Positions 14,438-23,003 of a stretch of DNA of 37,618 bases are shown piece by piece. The notes beneath the pieces were generated by a model. That model was given only the letters and a program-made list of their open reading frames with translations. It was not told the DNA's origin and did not search any database. Numbering within the stretch: the first letter of the stretch is position 1; each line of letters opens with the position of its first letter. Source of the stretch: Patescibacteria group bacterium (GTDB lineage: Bacteria > Patescibacteriota > WWE3 > 9FT-COMBO-53-11); assembly GCA_036986255.1 (NCBI GenBank), contig BTRF01000002.1:1-37618 (forward strand), written 5' to 3'. The position numbers were made by a program, and so were the translations under genes.

Positions 14438-14462
14438 TCTCGCTAGCGCTCGGTGTAAACTA
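14438..14462 (+). repeat. tRNA-Ser 3'-flank element, copy 3
   Basis: TCTCGCTAGCGCTCGGTGTAAACTA (24/25 vs copy 1), followed by a longer hairpin GCCCATCC...GGATGG. Confidence 0.85.
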
Positions 14463-14530
14463 GCCCATCCTTTGCCCCTCGGTTCAGGGCTGCGGAGGAT
14501 TGGGATGGTCCCCTGCTAAACTGATTTTGT

Positions 14531-16354
14531 ATGATTGATCAGATTGAAGAGATAAAGCGAAAACTGGATATAGTTGCCCTCGTTTCCTCTTATGTACCCC
14601 TCCAGAAAGCGGGGAAGAACTACAAGGCCCTTTGCCCTTTTCATTCCGAGAAAACCCCCTCTTTTATGGTTTCACCCCAGCTGCAGATTTTCAAGTGTTT
14701 TGGCTGTGGGGAGGGTGGCGATGTGATCGCTTTCTACAGCAAGATTGAGGGGGTCTCTTTCGGTGAATCTCTTAAGGAAATGGCCAAGCGGGCCGGGGTT
14801 AAGCTGGTGGGCCGGAAGCAGAGCCCGGTCGAACGGCAGAAGGAGAAGCTTTACGAGATCAACCGGCTGGCCAGCGACTTCTTTCACTTCCTTCTGACCG
14901 GCCACAAGATCGGGAAGCCGGCGCTGGAGTTCCTCAAAAAACGCGGTTTGAGCAAGGAGTCCATAGAGGATTTTGATCTGGGCTACGCTCCCAAATCGTG
15001 GGATAGTCTGGGCCGCTTTATCCTTAAAAAAGGATACTCCGTTACTGATTTTCTCCAGAGCGGCTTGGGCAGCCGCAAGGAAGGGGGCCGGCGGTATTAC
15101 GATTTCTTCCGCGGGCGGGTCATCTTTCCCCTCCGCTCCTCCACCGGAAGGGTGGTGGGATTTTCCGGCCGAACCTTGGGAGGCGAAGAGCCGAAGGACG
15201 CCGCCGAAGGACGCCCCGCCCCCGGCGGAGCTAGCTTTGGCTCTTTGGGGCCAAAGTATATCAACACCACCGAGACTCCGGTGTTTGAGAAACGCCGATT
15301 TCTTTTCAATCTTGATTTGGCTAAGCAGGAGATGAAGAAGCAGAAGTCCGTGGTTTTGGTAGAGGGGGAGATGGACGCCATTGCTTTGTACGAGTTGGGG
15401 ATCAAGAATGTCGTAGCGACTAAAGGGACGGCTTTCTCTCCTGAGCAGATTGCGGCCTTAGCCAAGTTTGTCCAAAAGATTACGATCTGTTTTGATCGAG
15501 ACACCGCCGGCTTGGAGGCCACCAAGAAGGGGATTCTTCTTGCTCAAGGTGTCGGCTTGGAGGTGCGGGCCGTGCTTCTGCCGGAGGGGCAGGATCCCGA
15601 TGAGGCCGCCCGGGCCGATCTGGGGGGGTTTAAGAAGCTTCTCGCCTCCGCCCCTTCCGTTTTTGACTTCTATCTCGCCTCCGCCCTGGCGCGTTTTAAT
15701 CCGGCTGATCCTTCGGGGAAGAAGAAGATTGCCCATGAGATTCTGCCGGTAGTGAAGAGCTTGGCCAACGAGGTGGAGAAAGCGGCCTACCTTGCCAAAC
15801 TTTCCCAAACCCTCGGAGTGGGAGAGGAGATCGTTTGGAAGCAGCTTGAGAAAGAGAAGGCCTTGGAGGGGGAGAGATCTTCCTCTTCGGCCGAGACGCG
15901 GTCTAAAGATACTCCCCGCCTGCCTAAAAAGGAGTCCTACCTTATGGCGGTTCTCTTTTCTCTTCCCGTTGAAAAACTGCGGAGTGCTCAGCGCCGGATT
16001 GCGCTCGAGGATCTCACCAACCCTGAGTTGGAGAAGGTCCTGGCGAGCTTAAGGGACTATTTAAAACAGATAAAACGGTTTCGTCTGGAGAATTTTTCTG
16101 GTAAACTTGACGAAGACACCCGTCGTATTTTTGAGGAGTTGGTTTTGGTTTCCCTTCCCCAACATCCGCCGGAAGATGAGTTTTCCAAGGCCTTGACATC
16201 CGTAAAGAGGGTTCGGTTGATCAAGGAACGCAGAAGTTTGGTAGGCCAAGTTCGGAAGGCAGAGGAGGACGAGAAGCCCTCCCAGGTGCGTAAGCTGCAG
16301 CGGGAGATACTGAAGTTGACTAAGAAGATTGATTCGATGGGCGGTTTGGCATAA
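14531..16354 (+). CDS. dnaG: DNA primase
   Basis: Zinc ribbon [40 protein letters not shown] region [13 protein letters not shown]...CFDRDTAG. Sits directly upstream of rpoD. Confidence 0.9.
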   Translation: MIDQIEEIKRKLDIVALVSSYVPLQKAGKNYKALCPFHSEKTPSFMVSPQLQIFKCFGCGEGGDVIAFYSKIEGVSFGESLKEMAKRAGVKLVGRKQSPVERQKEKLYEINRLASDFFHFLLTGHKIGKPALEFLKKRGLSKESIEDFDLGYAPKSWDSLGRFILKKGYSVTDFLQSGLGSRKEGGRRYYDFFRGRVIFPLRSSTGRVVGFSGRTLGGEEPKDAAEGRPAPGGASFGSLGPKYINTTETPVFEKRRFLFNLDLAKQEMKKQKSVVLVEGEMDAIALYELGIKNVVATKGTAFSPEQIAALAKFVQKITICFDRDTAGLEATKKGILLAQGVGLEVRAVLLPEGQDPDEAARADLGGFKKLLASAPSVFDFYLASALARFNPADPSGKKKIAHEILPVVKSLANEVEKAAYLAKLSQTLGVGEEIVWKQLEKEKALEGERSSSSAETRSKDTPRLPKKESYLMAVLFSLPVEKLRSAQRRIALEDLTNPELEKVLASLRDYLKQIKRFRLENFSGKLDEDTRRIFEELVLVSLPQHPPEDEFSKALTSVKRVRLIKERRSLVGQVRKAEEDEKPSQVRKLQREILKLTKKIDSMGGLA

Positions 16355-16358
16355 TCCA

Positions 16359-17519
16359 ATGGCGAAAATTAAGAAGGCCGATTCACCACTAATTAAAAAG
16401 CTTCTGGACAAAGGGAAGCGGGAAGGATACGTTACCCAAGAAGAGGTTTTGGCCTATTTTCCCGAAGCGGAGGAGGATATCGAGAAGCTTGACGATCTTT
16501 ACACCCTTTTTATTGAAGAGGGTATTGATGTTTTTGAGACGGCTGAAGAAGAGGCCCGGTCGGAGGAGATTGCGAGGGAGCTGGAGGTTCAGGCGGCTTA
16601 CGACTCCACCATCACCGCGGATCCCGTACGGATGTACCTGCGTGAGATTGGAAGAACCCCCCTTTTAACCAAGGAGGAGGAGGTAATTTTAGCGAAGCTG
16701 ATTGAGAGGGGGATGAAGGCGGTGGCGCGGCTGAAGAAATCCACCCCCCGGATGAGCAAGAAGACCCGCGAGAAGCTAAAGGAAACGGCTCGCCAGGGCG
16801 ATATTGCCAAGGAGAAGCTGACCAAAGCCAACCTCCGCCTTGTGGTTTCGATCGCCAAGAAGTATTTGGGTCGGGGGCTTTCTTTCCTCGATCTTATTCA
16901 GGAGGGAAATATTGGCCTGATGCGGGCGGTAGAGAAATTTGAGTGGCAGCGGGGCTTTAAGTTCTCCACTTACGCCACTTGGTGGATTCGGCAGGGAATT
17001 ACCCGAGCGATTGCCGATCAGGCCCGCACGATCAGAATTCCCGTCCATATGATTGAGACGATCAATAAGTTTAACCGTACCCAGCGCCAGCTCGAACAGG
17101 AGTTTGACCGCGAACCGACTCCTGAGGAGATTGCTAAAGTGATGGAGATTACCCCGGAGAAAGCCCGTGAGATTGTGAAAATCTCCCAAAGACCGACCTC
17201 GCTGGAAACGCCGATTGGCGAGGAGAAAGACTCCCGCCTCAAGGATTTTGTGGCGGATGAAGAGGTCTCTGCCCCCACCGACGATACCTCTAAAGAGCTT
17301 CTGAAGCAGCAGCTTCTGGGGGTTTTGGAAACCCTTTCCCCTCGGGAGCAGAAGGTCATTGAGCTGAGGTTTGGCCTGCGGGACGGAAAGCCCCGCACGC
17401 TCGAGGCGGTGGGTAAGGAATTTGGAGTTACCCGTGAGCGGATTCGCCAAATTGAGGCCAAGGCGATCCGAAAGCTCCGCCACCCCTCAAGATCGAAGAT
17501 CATTAAGGATTATCTTTAA
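16359..17519 (+). CDS. rpoD: RNA polymerase sigma-70 factor
   Basis: [47 protein letters not shown], and region 4 [22 protein letters not shown]. Start taken at ATG 16359 (MAKIKK), 5 nt after the dnaG stop. Confidence 0.9.
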   Translation: MAKIKKADSPLIKKLLDKGKREGYVTQEEVLAYFPEAEEDIEKLDDLYTLFIEEGIDVFETAEEEARSEEIARELEVQAAYDSTITADPVRMYLREIGRTPLLTKEEEVILAKLIERGMKAVARLKKSTPRMSKKTREKLKETARQGDIAKEKLTKANLRLVVSIAKKYLGRGLSFLDLIQEGNIGLMRAVEKFEWQRGFKFSTYATWWIRQGITRAIADQARTIRIPVHMIETINKFNRTQRQLEQEFDREPTPEEIAKVMEITPEKAREIVKISQRPTSLETPIGEEKDSRLKDFVADEEVSAPTDDTSKELLKQQLLGVLETLSPREQKVIELRFGLRDGKPRTLEAVGKEFGVTRERIRQIEAKAIRKLRHPSRSKIIKDYL

Positions 17520-17520
17520 G

Positions 17521-17611
17521 GTGAACAGTGATCAGCAATCAGTGAACAGTGATCAGTGATCAGTACTTAATAACTCGCTACTCGATACTCGCTACTTAAC
17601 ACTTGCTACTT
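17521..17611 (+). repeat. short-period tandem micro-repeats in the rpoD-downstream spacer
   Basis: GTGAACAGTGATCAG occurs at 17521 and 17542, followed by an extra TGATCAG. Three 14-nt units follow: ACTCGCTACTCGAT / ACTCGCTACTTAAC / ACTTGCTACTTAGC. Confidence 0.8.
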
Positions 17612-17642
17612 AGCGCTTCCTGCTTGTATCCTAGAAGTTAAT

Positions 17643-18545
17643 ATGCTTCCGGCCTTCTTTATCCCCGCCGTGGCGGCTTACTTTCTCCTTGCTCTGGCGG
17701 GCCTGATTGATAAGGTGCTTCTCAAAACGGCGATCATTTCCCCGCGGGCCTATGCTTTTTACGTGGGGATTTTGAGTGCGGGGGTGCTGGTTCTTCTTCC
17801 TTTCGGGGTGGTAGAGATGCCCACTTTAAGGATTGGCTTTTTCGCTCTGATATCCGGAGTGGCGGGGGTTTATGCCCTTTGGGCTTTTTACGGCGCCCTC
17901 AAGGCCCACGAGGCCTCGCGGGTGATTACGACCGTGGGGGCTCTGGTGCCCATTTTTACCCTTCTTTTGAGCGTTCCCCTCCTTAATGAGAGTTTGAGCT
18001 TCCCTCAGCTTTTGGCTTTTGGACTGCTCGTTCTGGGAGGGGTGCTGATCTCTTATCGGGAGAACGTGAAGAGGTCCTACACCCTAAGTCTTTTCAACCA
18101 CGCCGCTACCGCGGCGGTTCTCTTTGCGATCTCTTTTACTTTCCTGCGCCTAATTTTCCTTTCGGAACCGTTTTGGAACGGTCTCTTTTGGGCGAGGATA
18201 GGGGGAGTCTTTGGAGCCCTGACGATCGTAGCCGTGCCGGAGAACTTCCGGCGGATCTATTGGGCGACCAAAAAGGCGCCCCGGACCGCCCCGATCCCTT
18301 TTGTTCTTAACCAAGCTTTGGGCGGCGGCGGAGCCGTCCTCCAAAACTACGCTATTTTTCTGGGGAGCGCCGCGCTGGTGGGTGCTCTTCAGGGGGTTCA
18401 GTACGTCTTTGTTTTAATCTTGATCGTTCTTTTGGCCCGCCGTCTCCCTCAGCTTCGCGAGCAGTTTGGTTCGCGGGAGAAGGTTAAGAAGATCTTGGCG
18501 ACCGTTCTCGTGGCGGCGGGGCTTTATCTGCTTGCAGTTGGATAA
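17643..18545 (+). CDS. DMT-superfamily (EamA-like) membrane transporter
   Basis: 300 aa with about 10 hydrophobic helices in two similar halves. No sharper motif recognised. Confidence 0.6.
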   Translation: MLPAFFIPAVAAYFLLALAGLIDKVLLKTAIISPRAYAFYVGILSAGVLVLLPFGVVEMPTLRIGFFALISGVAGVYALWAFYGALKAHEASRVITTVGALVPIFTLLLSVPLLNESLSFPQLLAFGLLVLGGVLISYRENVKRSYTLSLFNHAATAAVLFAISFTFLRLIFLSEPFWNGLFWARIGGVFGALTIVAVPENFRRIYWATKKAPRTAPIPFVLNQALGGGGAVLQNYAIFLGSAALVGALQGVQYVFVLILIVLLARRLPQLREQFGSREKVKKILATVLVAAGLYLLAVG

Positions 18546-19574
18546 ATGGTGAATAAAAGTTCAAAATTAGCTTTGAAGATTATCCTTGGTGTCTTGGCCG
18601 CGCTTGTCTTAGCGGTAGGTGCGGCTTACTTCCTTTTTGGCCGCGGCGGGGAGGCGCCGGAGATCGCTTGGGGGTCCTCCTTCGACTCTTACTACGCTGA
18701 GGATTTGGGTTTGGATTGGAAGAAGACCTATCTGGCTCTTCTGGACGAGGTGGGGGTGGACCATCTCCGCTTGGTGGCCTTTTGGAATGTCGTGGAGCCG
18801 GAGGATGACCGTTTCGATTTTAAGCGTTTGGATTTTCAGATGCGGGAAGCCGAAAAGCGGGGGGTGAAGGTGCTCTTAGGGGTGGGGAGACGGCTTCCCC
18901 GCTGGCCCGAGTGCCATATTCCCGACTGGGCTAAAGCCCTTTCAGAGGAAAGACAGCAAGAGAAAGCTCTAGAGTTTCTGCCTCAGGTTGTCAACCGCTA
19001 CAAAAAGAGCTCGGCGCTTGAGTTTTGGCAGGTGGAAAACGAGCCGTATGTGTGGTTCTTTGGCGAGTGCCCGCGGCCCGACACTGCGTTTGTCCGAGAA
19101 GAGATGGAAACCATCCGGGCGCTTGATCCCGACCACCCCCTTCTTTTGACCGAAAGCGGGGAGCTCTCCACTTGGTTTAAGATATCCCGTCTAACCGACT
19201 ATATGGGGATCTCGATGTACCGGATCATTTACGATGGGAACTACACCAAGCGCTACCAAAGCTACCGTCCCCTTTTTCCTCAGCAGTACTACCGCATCAA
19301 GACCAATTTTTACAAGTGGGCGGGCTGGCTCAAGGAGGTTTTTGTGAGCGAGCTTCAGGCGGAGCCCTGGGGACCTAAACCGCTGACGGAGATGACGCTG
19401 GAGGAGCAGTACCAGTCCCTCTCCCCGGAAAAACTCCGTTACAACCTGCGCTTCGCCCGCTCGACCGGATTTGACCGGTTTTACCTTTGGGGAGCGGAGT
19501 GGTGGTTCTATGCTCGGGAGAAGTTGGGGGTGGGAGATTTTGTGGAGATCACCAAGGAGTTGTGGAATGAGTGA
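18546..19574 (+). CDS. clan GH-A glycoside hydrolase-like TIM-barrel protein (N-terminal membrane anchor)
   Basis: WQVENEP (acid/base NEP) and SELQAEPWG (nucleophile-like E). Paralog of 33854..34861. TAAATG junction with the upstream gene. Confidence 0.65.
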   Translation: MVNKSSKLALKIILGVLAALVLAVGAAYFLFGRGGEAPEIAWGSSFDSYYAEDLGLDWKKTYLALLDEVGVDHLRLVAFWNVVEPEDDRFDFKRLDFQMREAEKRGVKVLLGVGRRLPRWPECHIPDWAKALSEERQQEKALEFLPQVVNRYKKSSALEFWQVENEPYVWFFGECPRPDTAFVREEMETIRALDPDHPLLLTESGELSTWFKISRLTDYMGISMYRIIYDGNYTKRYQSYRPLFPQQYYRIKTNFYKWAGWLKEVFVSELQAEPWGPKPLTEMTLEEQYQSLSPEKLRYNLRFARSTGFDRFYLWGAEWWFYAREKLGVGDFVEITKELWNE

Positions 19575-20700
19575 GAAGCTGAGCAAGAAGTTTCCCAAAA
19601 ACTTTCTTTGGGGGTCGGCGGCCTCGGCTTATCAGGTTGAGGGCGGGAACAGGTATTCGGATTGGGAATCCTTCGGCGGGTTTGGGATGGATCTGCCTAA
19701 AGCCGGGCGCGCCTGCGATCATTACAACCGCTTTGAGGAGGATTTCAACATTGCCCAGTCCCTTCACCAAAACGCCCACCGCCTTTCGATCGAATGGTCC
19801 CGAATCGAGCCGGAGAAAGGCCGTTTTAATGAAAAAGAAGTGGAGCACTACCGGGGGGTTTTGGAAGCCCTTCACAGGAGAAAGATTAAGCCCTTGGTGA
19901 CCCTTCACCATTTCACCAATCCGGTTTGGGTGGCGGAGAGAGGCGGTTGGGAGAACCCCGGCATCGTGGGCTACTTTGAAGCTTATGTTCGTTACTTGGC
20001 CACCCAGTTGGCGGATCTCTGCGATTTTTGGGTAACGGTTAATGAGCCCTGGGTGTACCTTTCGGAAGGGTATCTCTACGGACGCTGGCATCCGGGGAAG
20101 CGGGATCCCCTCCTCGCCTTTTTGGTGGGGCGGAACATGTTTCGAGCCCACAAAACTGCCTACAGAATCATTCACGATATCCAGCCGAAAGCTCGAGTGG
20201 GGATAGCTTATTCGATGGGTTACTTGAGGTTTCCCTCCGGATTCGATCCTCTCGCTCGATGGGGAAGAACAATGATAAAGAAGGCCGGGGTTCAGGATTT
20301 CATCGGAGTGAACTACTACCGCCCCATCGGTAGAGTAAACGATTTACCCACTACTGACGTGGGGTGGGCAATTTACCCTCAGGGCCTCTACGAGGTTCTT
20401 TCGGATCTGAAAGAGAGTTTCGGCCTCCCCATTTACATTACGGAGAATGGGTTGGCGGACGCGGATGACGATCAGCGGGCCGATTTTATCGCCGACCACT
20501 TGGCAGCGGTTTGGCGGGCGCTTTTGGAGGGGGCGGATGTGCGGGGGTATTTTCACTGGTCCCTTCTGGATAATTTTGAATGGGCGCGGGGATTTGAGCC
20601 TCGGTTTGGGCTGGTGGAGGTTGACTACCAGACACTGGAGAGGAAGATCCGCCCTTCCGCTCAGGCGTACGCCCGAATTGCTGAAAAGAATTCTCTATAG
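19567..20700 (+). CDS. GH1 family beta-glucosidase
   Basis: FPKNFLWGSAASAYQVEGG, TLHHFTNPVW, VTVNEPW and IYITENG. Start taken at ATG 19567 (MSEKLSKK), overlapping the upstream stop (ATGAGTGA). Confidence 0.85.
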   Translation: MSEKLSKKFPKNFLWGSAASAYQVEGGNRYSDWESFGGFGMDLPKAGRACDHYNRFEEDFNIAQSLHQNAHRLSIEWSRIEPEKGRFNEKEVEHYRGVLEALHRRKIKPLVTLHHFTNPVWVAERGGWENPGIVGYFEAYVRYLATQLADLCDFWVTVNEPWVYLSEGYLYGRWHPGKRDPLLAFLVGRNMFRAHKTAYRIIHDIQPKARVGIAYSMGYLRFPSGFDPLARWGRTMIKKAGVQDFIGVNYYRPIGRVNDLPTTDVGWAIYPQGLYEVLSDLKESFGLPIYITENGLADADDDQRADFIADHLAAVWRALLEGADVRGYFHWSLLDNFEWARGFEPRFGLVEVDYQTLERKIRPSAQAYARIAEKNSL

Positions 20701-20745
20701 CGCCTGATTGCTTTTTCCGCATTTTTTACTCTATTATTTGAGTAG

Positions 20746-21633
20746 ATGTTGTCCCGGTTAGTTTCCTGGATAAAGAACAATAAAATTGCTGCGGTTTTGT
20801 TTGCTGCTCTTCTTGGTTTTATCCTCATTGGCGGGGTTTCGGGTTTCATCGGCGTTTTGGAGCGCCGAGGGGGTAGCCTTAGCCGTCCTGGGTACGAAGG
20901 AATATCTCTTGACTACGGCATCTCCGGCGGGGTTCCTGTTCGGGGAGGCGTTTCGACTTCAAAAGACCGTCTTGTAGTTGAGGAGTCTAACCTCTCTTTG
21001 GTTGTTGAGGATGTTCGCAGTGCGGCCGATGAGGTTGTTGTCCGCGCGGAATCTGAGGGCGGTTTTATGGTCTCTTCCTCTTTAACCAGCCCTGAGGAGT
21101 CGCCGGTAGCTGTGGTTATCGTCCGCGTCCCGACCAAGAAGTTTAAGGAAGCGGTTGAGTATTACCGCTCTTTAGCCGTTAAGGTTTCTTCGGAAAATCT
21201 TCTCGGTACCGATGTTACAAAGGAATACGAAGATATTGATTCCAGAATAAAGACGATCGAAAAGACGATCGGTCAGCTGGAGGAGATAAAAGCTAAAGCG
21301 GCCAAGGTTTCCGATCTGATAAGCATTACCCGGCAGATTACCTCTCTCCAAGAACAGATCGACTCCCTAAAAGGGAGGAAAGAATTTTTGGAACAAAGTG
21401 CGGCCTTCCCCAAAATCACTGTTTATTTGGCTTCCGACGAACTTGCCCTTCCTTATCAACCGGCGGAAGGGTTTAGACCCGGAGTGGTTTTTAAATTGGC
21501 AGTTCGGTCACTTCTCACCGGTTTTTACGCGGTAGGTCGGGCGTTGATTTGGATCGGGGTTTACGGAATCATTTGGATTCCGGCGCTTGTGATTTTTATC
21601 TTCCTGGCGAAGAGGAAGAAACGCTCGTCTTAA
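20746..21633 (+). CDS. DUF4349-like membrane-anchored coiled-coil protein
   Basis: N-terminal TM, central coiled coil (DVTKEYEDIDSRIKTIEKTIGQLEEIK...) and C-terminal TM pair. Confidence 0.6.
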   Translation: MLSRLVSWIKNNKIAAVLFAALLGFILIGGVSGFIGVLERRGGSLSRPGYEGISLDYGISGGVPVRGGVSTSKDRLVVEESNLSLVVEDVRSAADEVVVRAESEGGFMVSSSLTSPEESPVAVVIVRVPTKKFKEAVEYYRSLAVKVSSENLLGTDVTKEYEDIDSRIKTIEKTIGQLEEIKAKAAKVSDLISITRQITSLQEQIDSLKGRKEFLEQSAAFPKITVYLASDELALPYQPAEGFRPGVVFKLAVRSLLTGFYAVGRALIWIGVYGIIWIPALVIFIFLAKRKKRSS

Positions 21634-21730
21634 ACCCCTTAACCTCCTGACCCATAGTTTGACTTTACTGGAGAATTCGGTTACTCTTTAGGTATCGTAA
21701 GCATCCCAAAACATTAAAGAAAGGAGACAG

Positions 21731-22270
21731 ATGATGAAGCAGGTTTTAGAGCACTTTTGGCAGCACCTCTCATCTCTAGGTGTAAGAAACGGTTTCCAGC
21801 TTACATTTCACGTGGGGTTGAAATCCAGCAAGTGCTTTAGCTACCCCCCAGTACGGCTTTGGGCTTTAAGAAGGTACTCAAATCTGGGTGACTCAACGAG
21901 GCTTCTCTTGAAGAGCCACATTAGTATCCCATCCGAAGGCCTAAAAGACATTCTCTCTCAGATTTGTGACGAGCTTGGAGAGGATAGCGGGGATACTGAT
22001 GGTTTTGCTGTTTTCGATTCAGTTCTGCAGGTGGTAGCAAATTTCGCTGCTTTCATGAGCGACGCTGCAGTACTTCGATTTCAGCTAAATATAAACTACT
22101 TCCCTGGGTTCGCAGGTCCTAAGATCGACCTTTGGATCTATGACGTTGATGAGCAATATGGGGAATTTTCCCTTCCTGGATGTCTTTTTCTTTCCAGCAG
22201 TAAAGAAGATTTCCTGGAGGCCTTCGATGAGGTCATTGCTCAAGTTCGAGTCAGATTGTGGGGTGTTTGA
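21731..22270 (+). CDS. hypothetical protein
   Basis: 179-aa ORF with AAAGGAGA SD. No family recognised. Confidence 0.5.
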   Translation: MMKQVLEHFWQHLSSLGVRNGFQLTFHVGLKSSKCFSYPPVRLWALRRYSNLGDSTRLLLKSHISIPSEGLKDILSQICDELGEDSGDTDGFAVFDSVLQVVANFAAFMSDAAVLRFQLNINYFPGFAGPKIDLWIYDVDEQYGEFSLPGCLFLSSSKEDFLEAFDEVIAQVRVRLWGV

Positions 22271-22273
22271 TTT

Positions 22274-22310
22274 AAGCCTCTCTGCATTAACTGTGGGAGG
22301 CTTTTCCTTT
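22274..22310 (+). terminator. rho-independent terminator
   Basis: AAGCCTC(16-nt loop)GAGGCTT followed by TTCCTTT. Confidence 0.55.
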
Positions 22311-22378
22311 ATATGGGGAGTGGAGATAGTATAATTGTATTGTTAACCGTTCCCCGGTACTTGCCTTGTTATTTCTGT

Positions 22379-22615
22379 GTGTATTACGTCTACGTTCTGC
22401 AAAGTGATAGCGACGCCAACCTTTACATTGGTTCGACTTCAAACCTGAAGAAGCGGTTGGCGGATCACCAGGTGGGAAGAGTTGAAGCGACGAAGTACAG
22501 GAGACCTCTTCGCCTCGTTTACTACGAGGCGAGCTTGAGTAAAGACAAGACGTATAACCGAGAAAAATACTTCAAGACCGGCTTCGGTCGAAGATTCTTA
22601 AAGAACAGGATATAA
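22379..22615 (+). CDS. GIY-YIG nuclease-family small protein
   Basis: YYVYVLQSDSDANLYIGSTSNLKKRLADH...RLVYYE...REKYFK. The family-typical N-terminus favours GTG 22379 over the track ATG at 22313. Confidence 0.7.
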   Translation: MYYVYVLQSDSDANLYIGSTSNLKKRLADHQVGRVEATKYRRPLRLVYYEASLSKDKTYNREKYFKTGFGRRFLKNRI

Positions 22616-22707
22616 TAAATTGGTGTAAATCCCTCCCGCAACGTCTCACATGCTGGTAGCAGTCTCGCCTGCCATGCCAGCAAGCTCGTCTTGCGTGGCG
22701 GGCACGG

Positions 22708-22782
22708 TCCCCGGTAGCTCAATGGTAGAGCGCCCGCCTGTTAAGCGGAAGGTTGCTGGTTCGAATCCAGCCCGGGGAGCCA
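22708..22782 (+). tRNA. tRNA-Asn(GTT)
   Basis: TCCCCGG TA GCTC AATGGTA GAGC G CCCGC CTGTTAA GCGGA AGGTT GCTGG TTCGAAT CCAGC CCGGGGA G CCA. Confidence 0.9.
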
Positions 22783-22890
22783 CAGCACTAGCACATTCAA
22801 CGCTTGAACATCTTGGACGCAATTGAACTTTTTGGATGATTTCTGCTGAACCTTTTATACCAAGTCTAGTGAAATAAGGGAGTTATTGAA

Positions 22891-22992
22891 TACTACTAAT
22901 TCACTACTAATGCTGTTAATTTTAGTGATAAAAGTCCAGGTGCTTGTAATATACTACTAATTTTGGTATTTTTAGTAGGTAATTAGTAGTAT
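22891..22992 (+). promoter_or_regulatory. operator-like cluster of ACTACTAAT words upstream of the Fic gene
   Basis: TACTACTAATT at 22891 and CACTACTAAT at 22902. A perfect 12-bp inverted repeat ATACTACTAATT (22951-22962) / AATTAGTAGTAT (22981-22992) ends 12 nt before the ATG. Confidence 0.45.
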
Positions 22993-23003
22993 GATGTTTA
23001 TTT

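Noticed and set aside
22352-22362. TCCCCGGTA upstream of the second GIY-YIG gene matches the 5' end of tRNA-Asn, and GGGGAG occurs at 22314. This could be a duplicated tRNA fragment.
   Set aside because: Only 9 nt match, and the flanks do not extend the alignment. This is compatible with chance.
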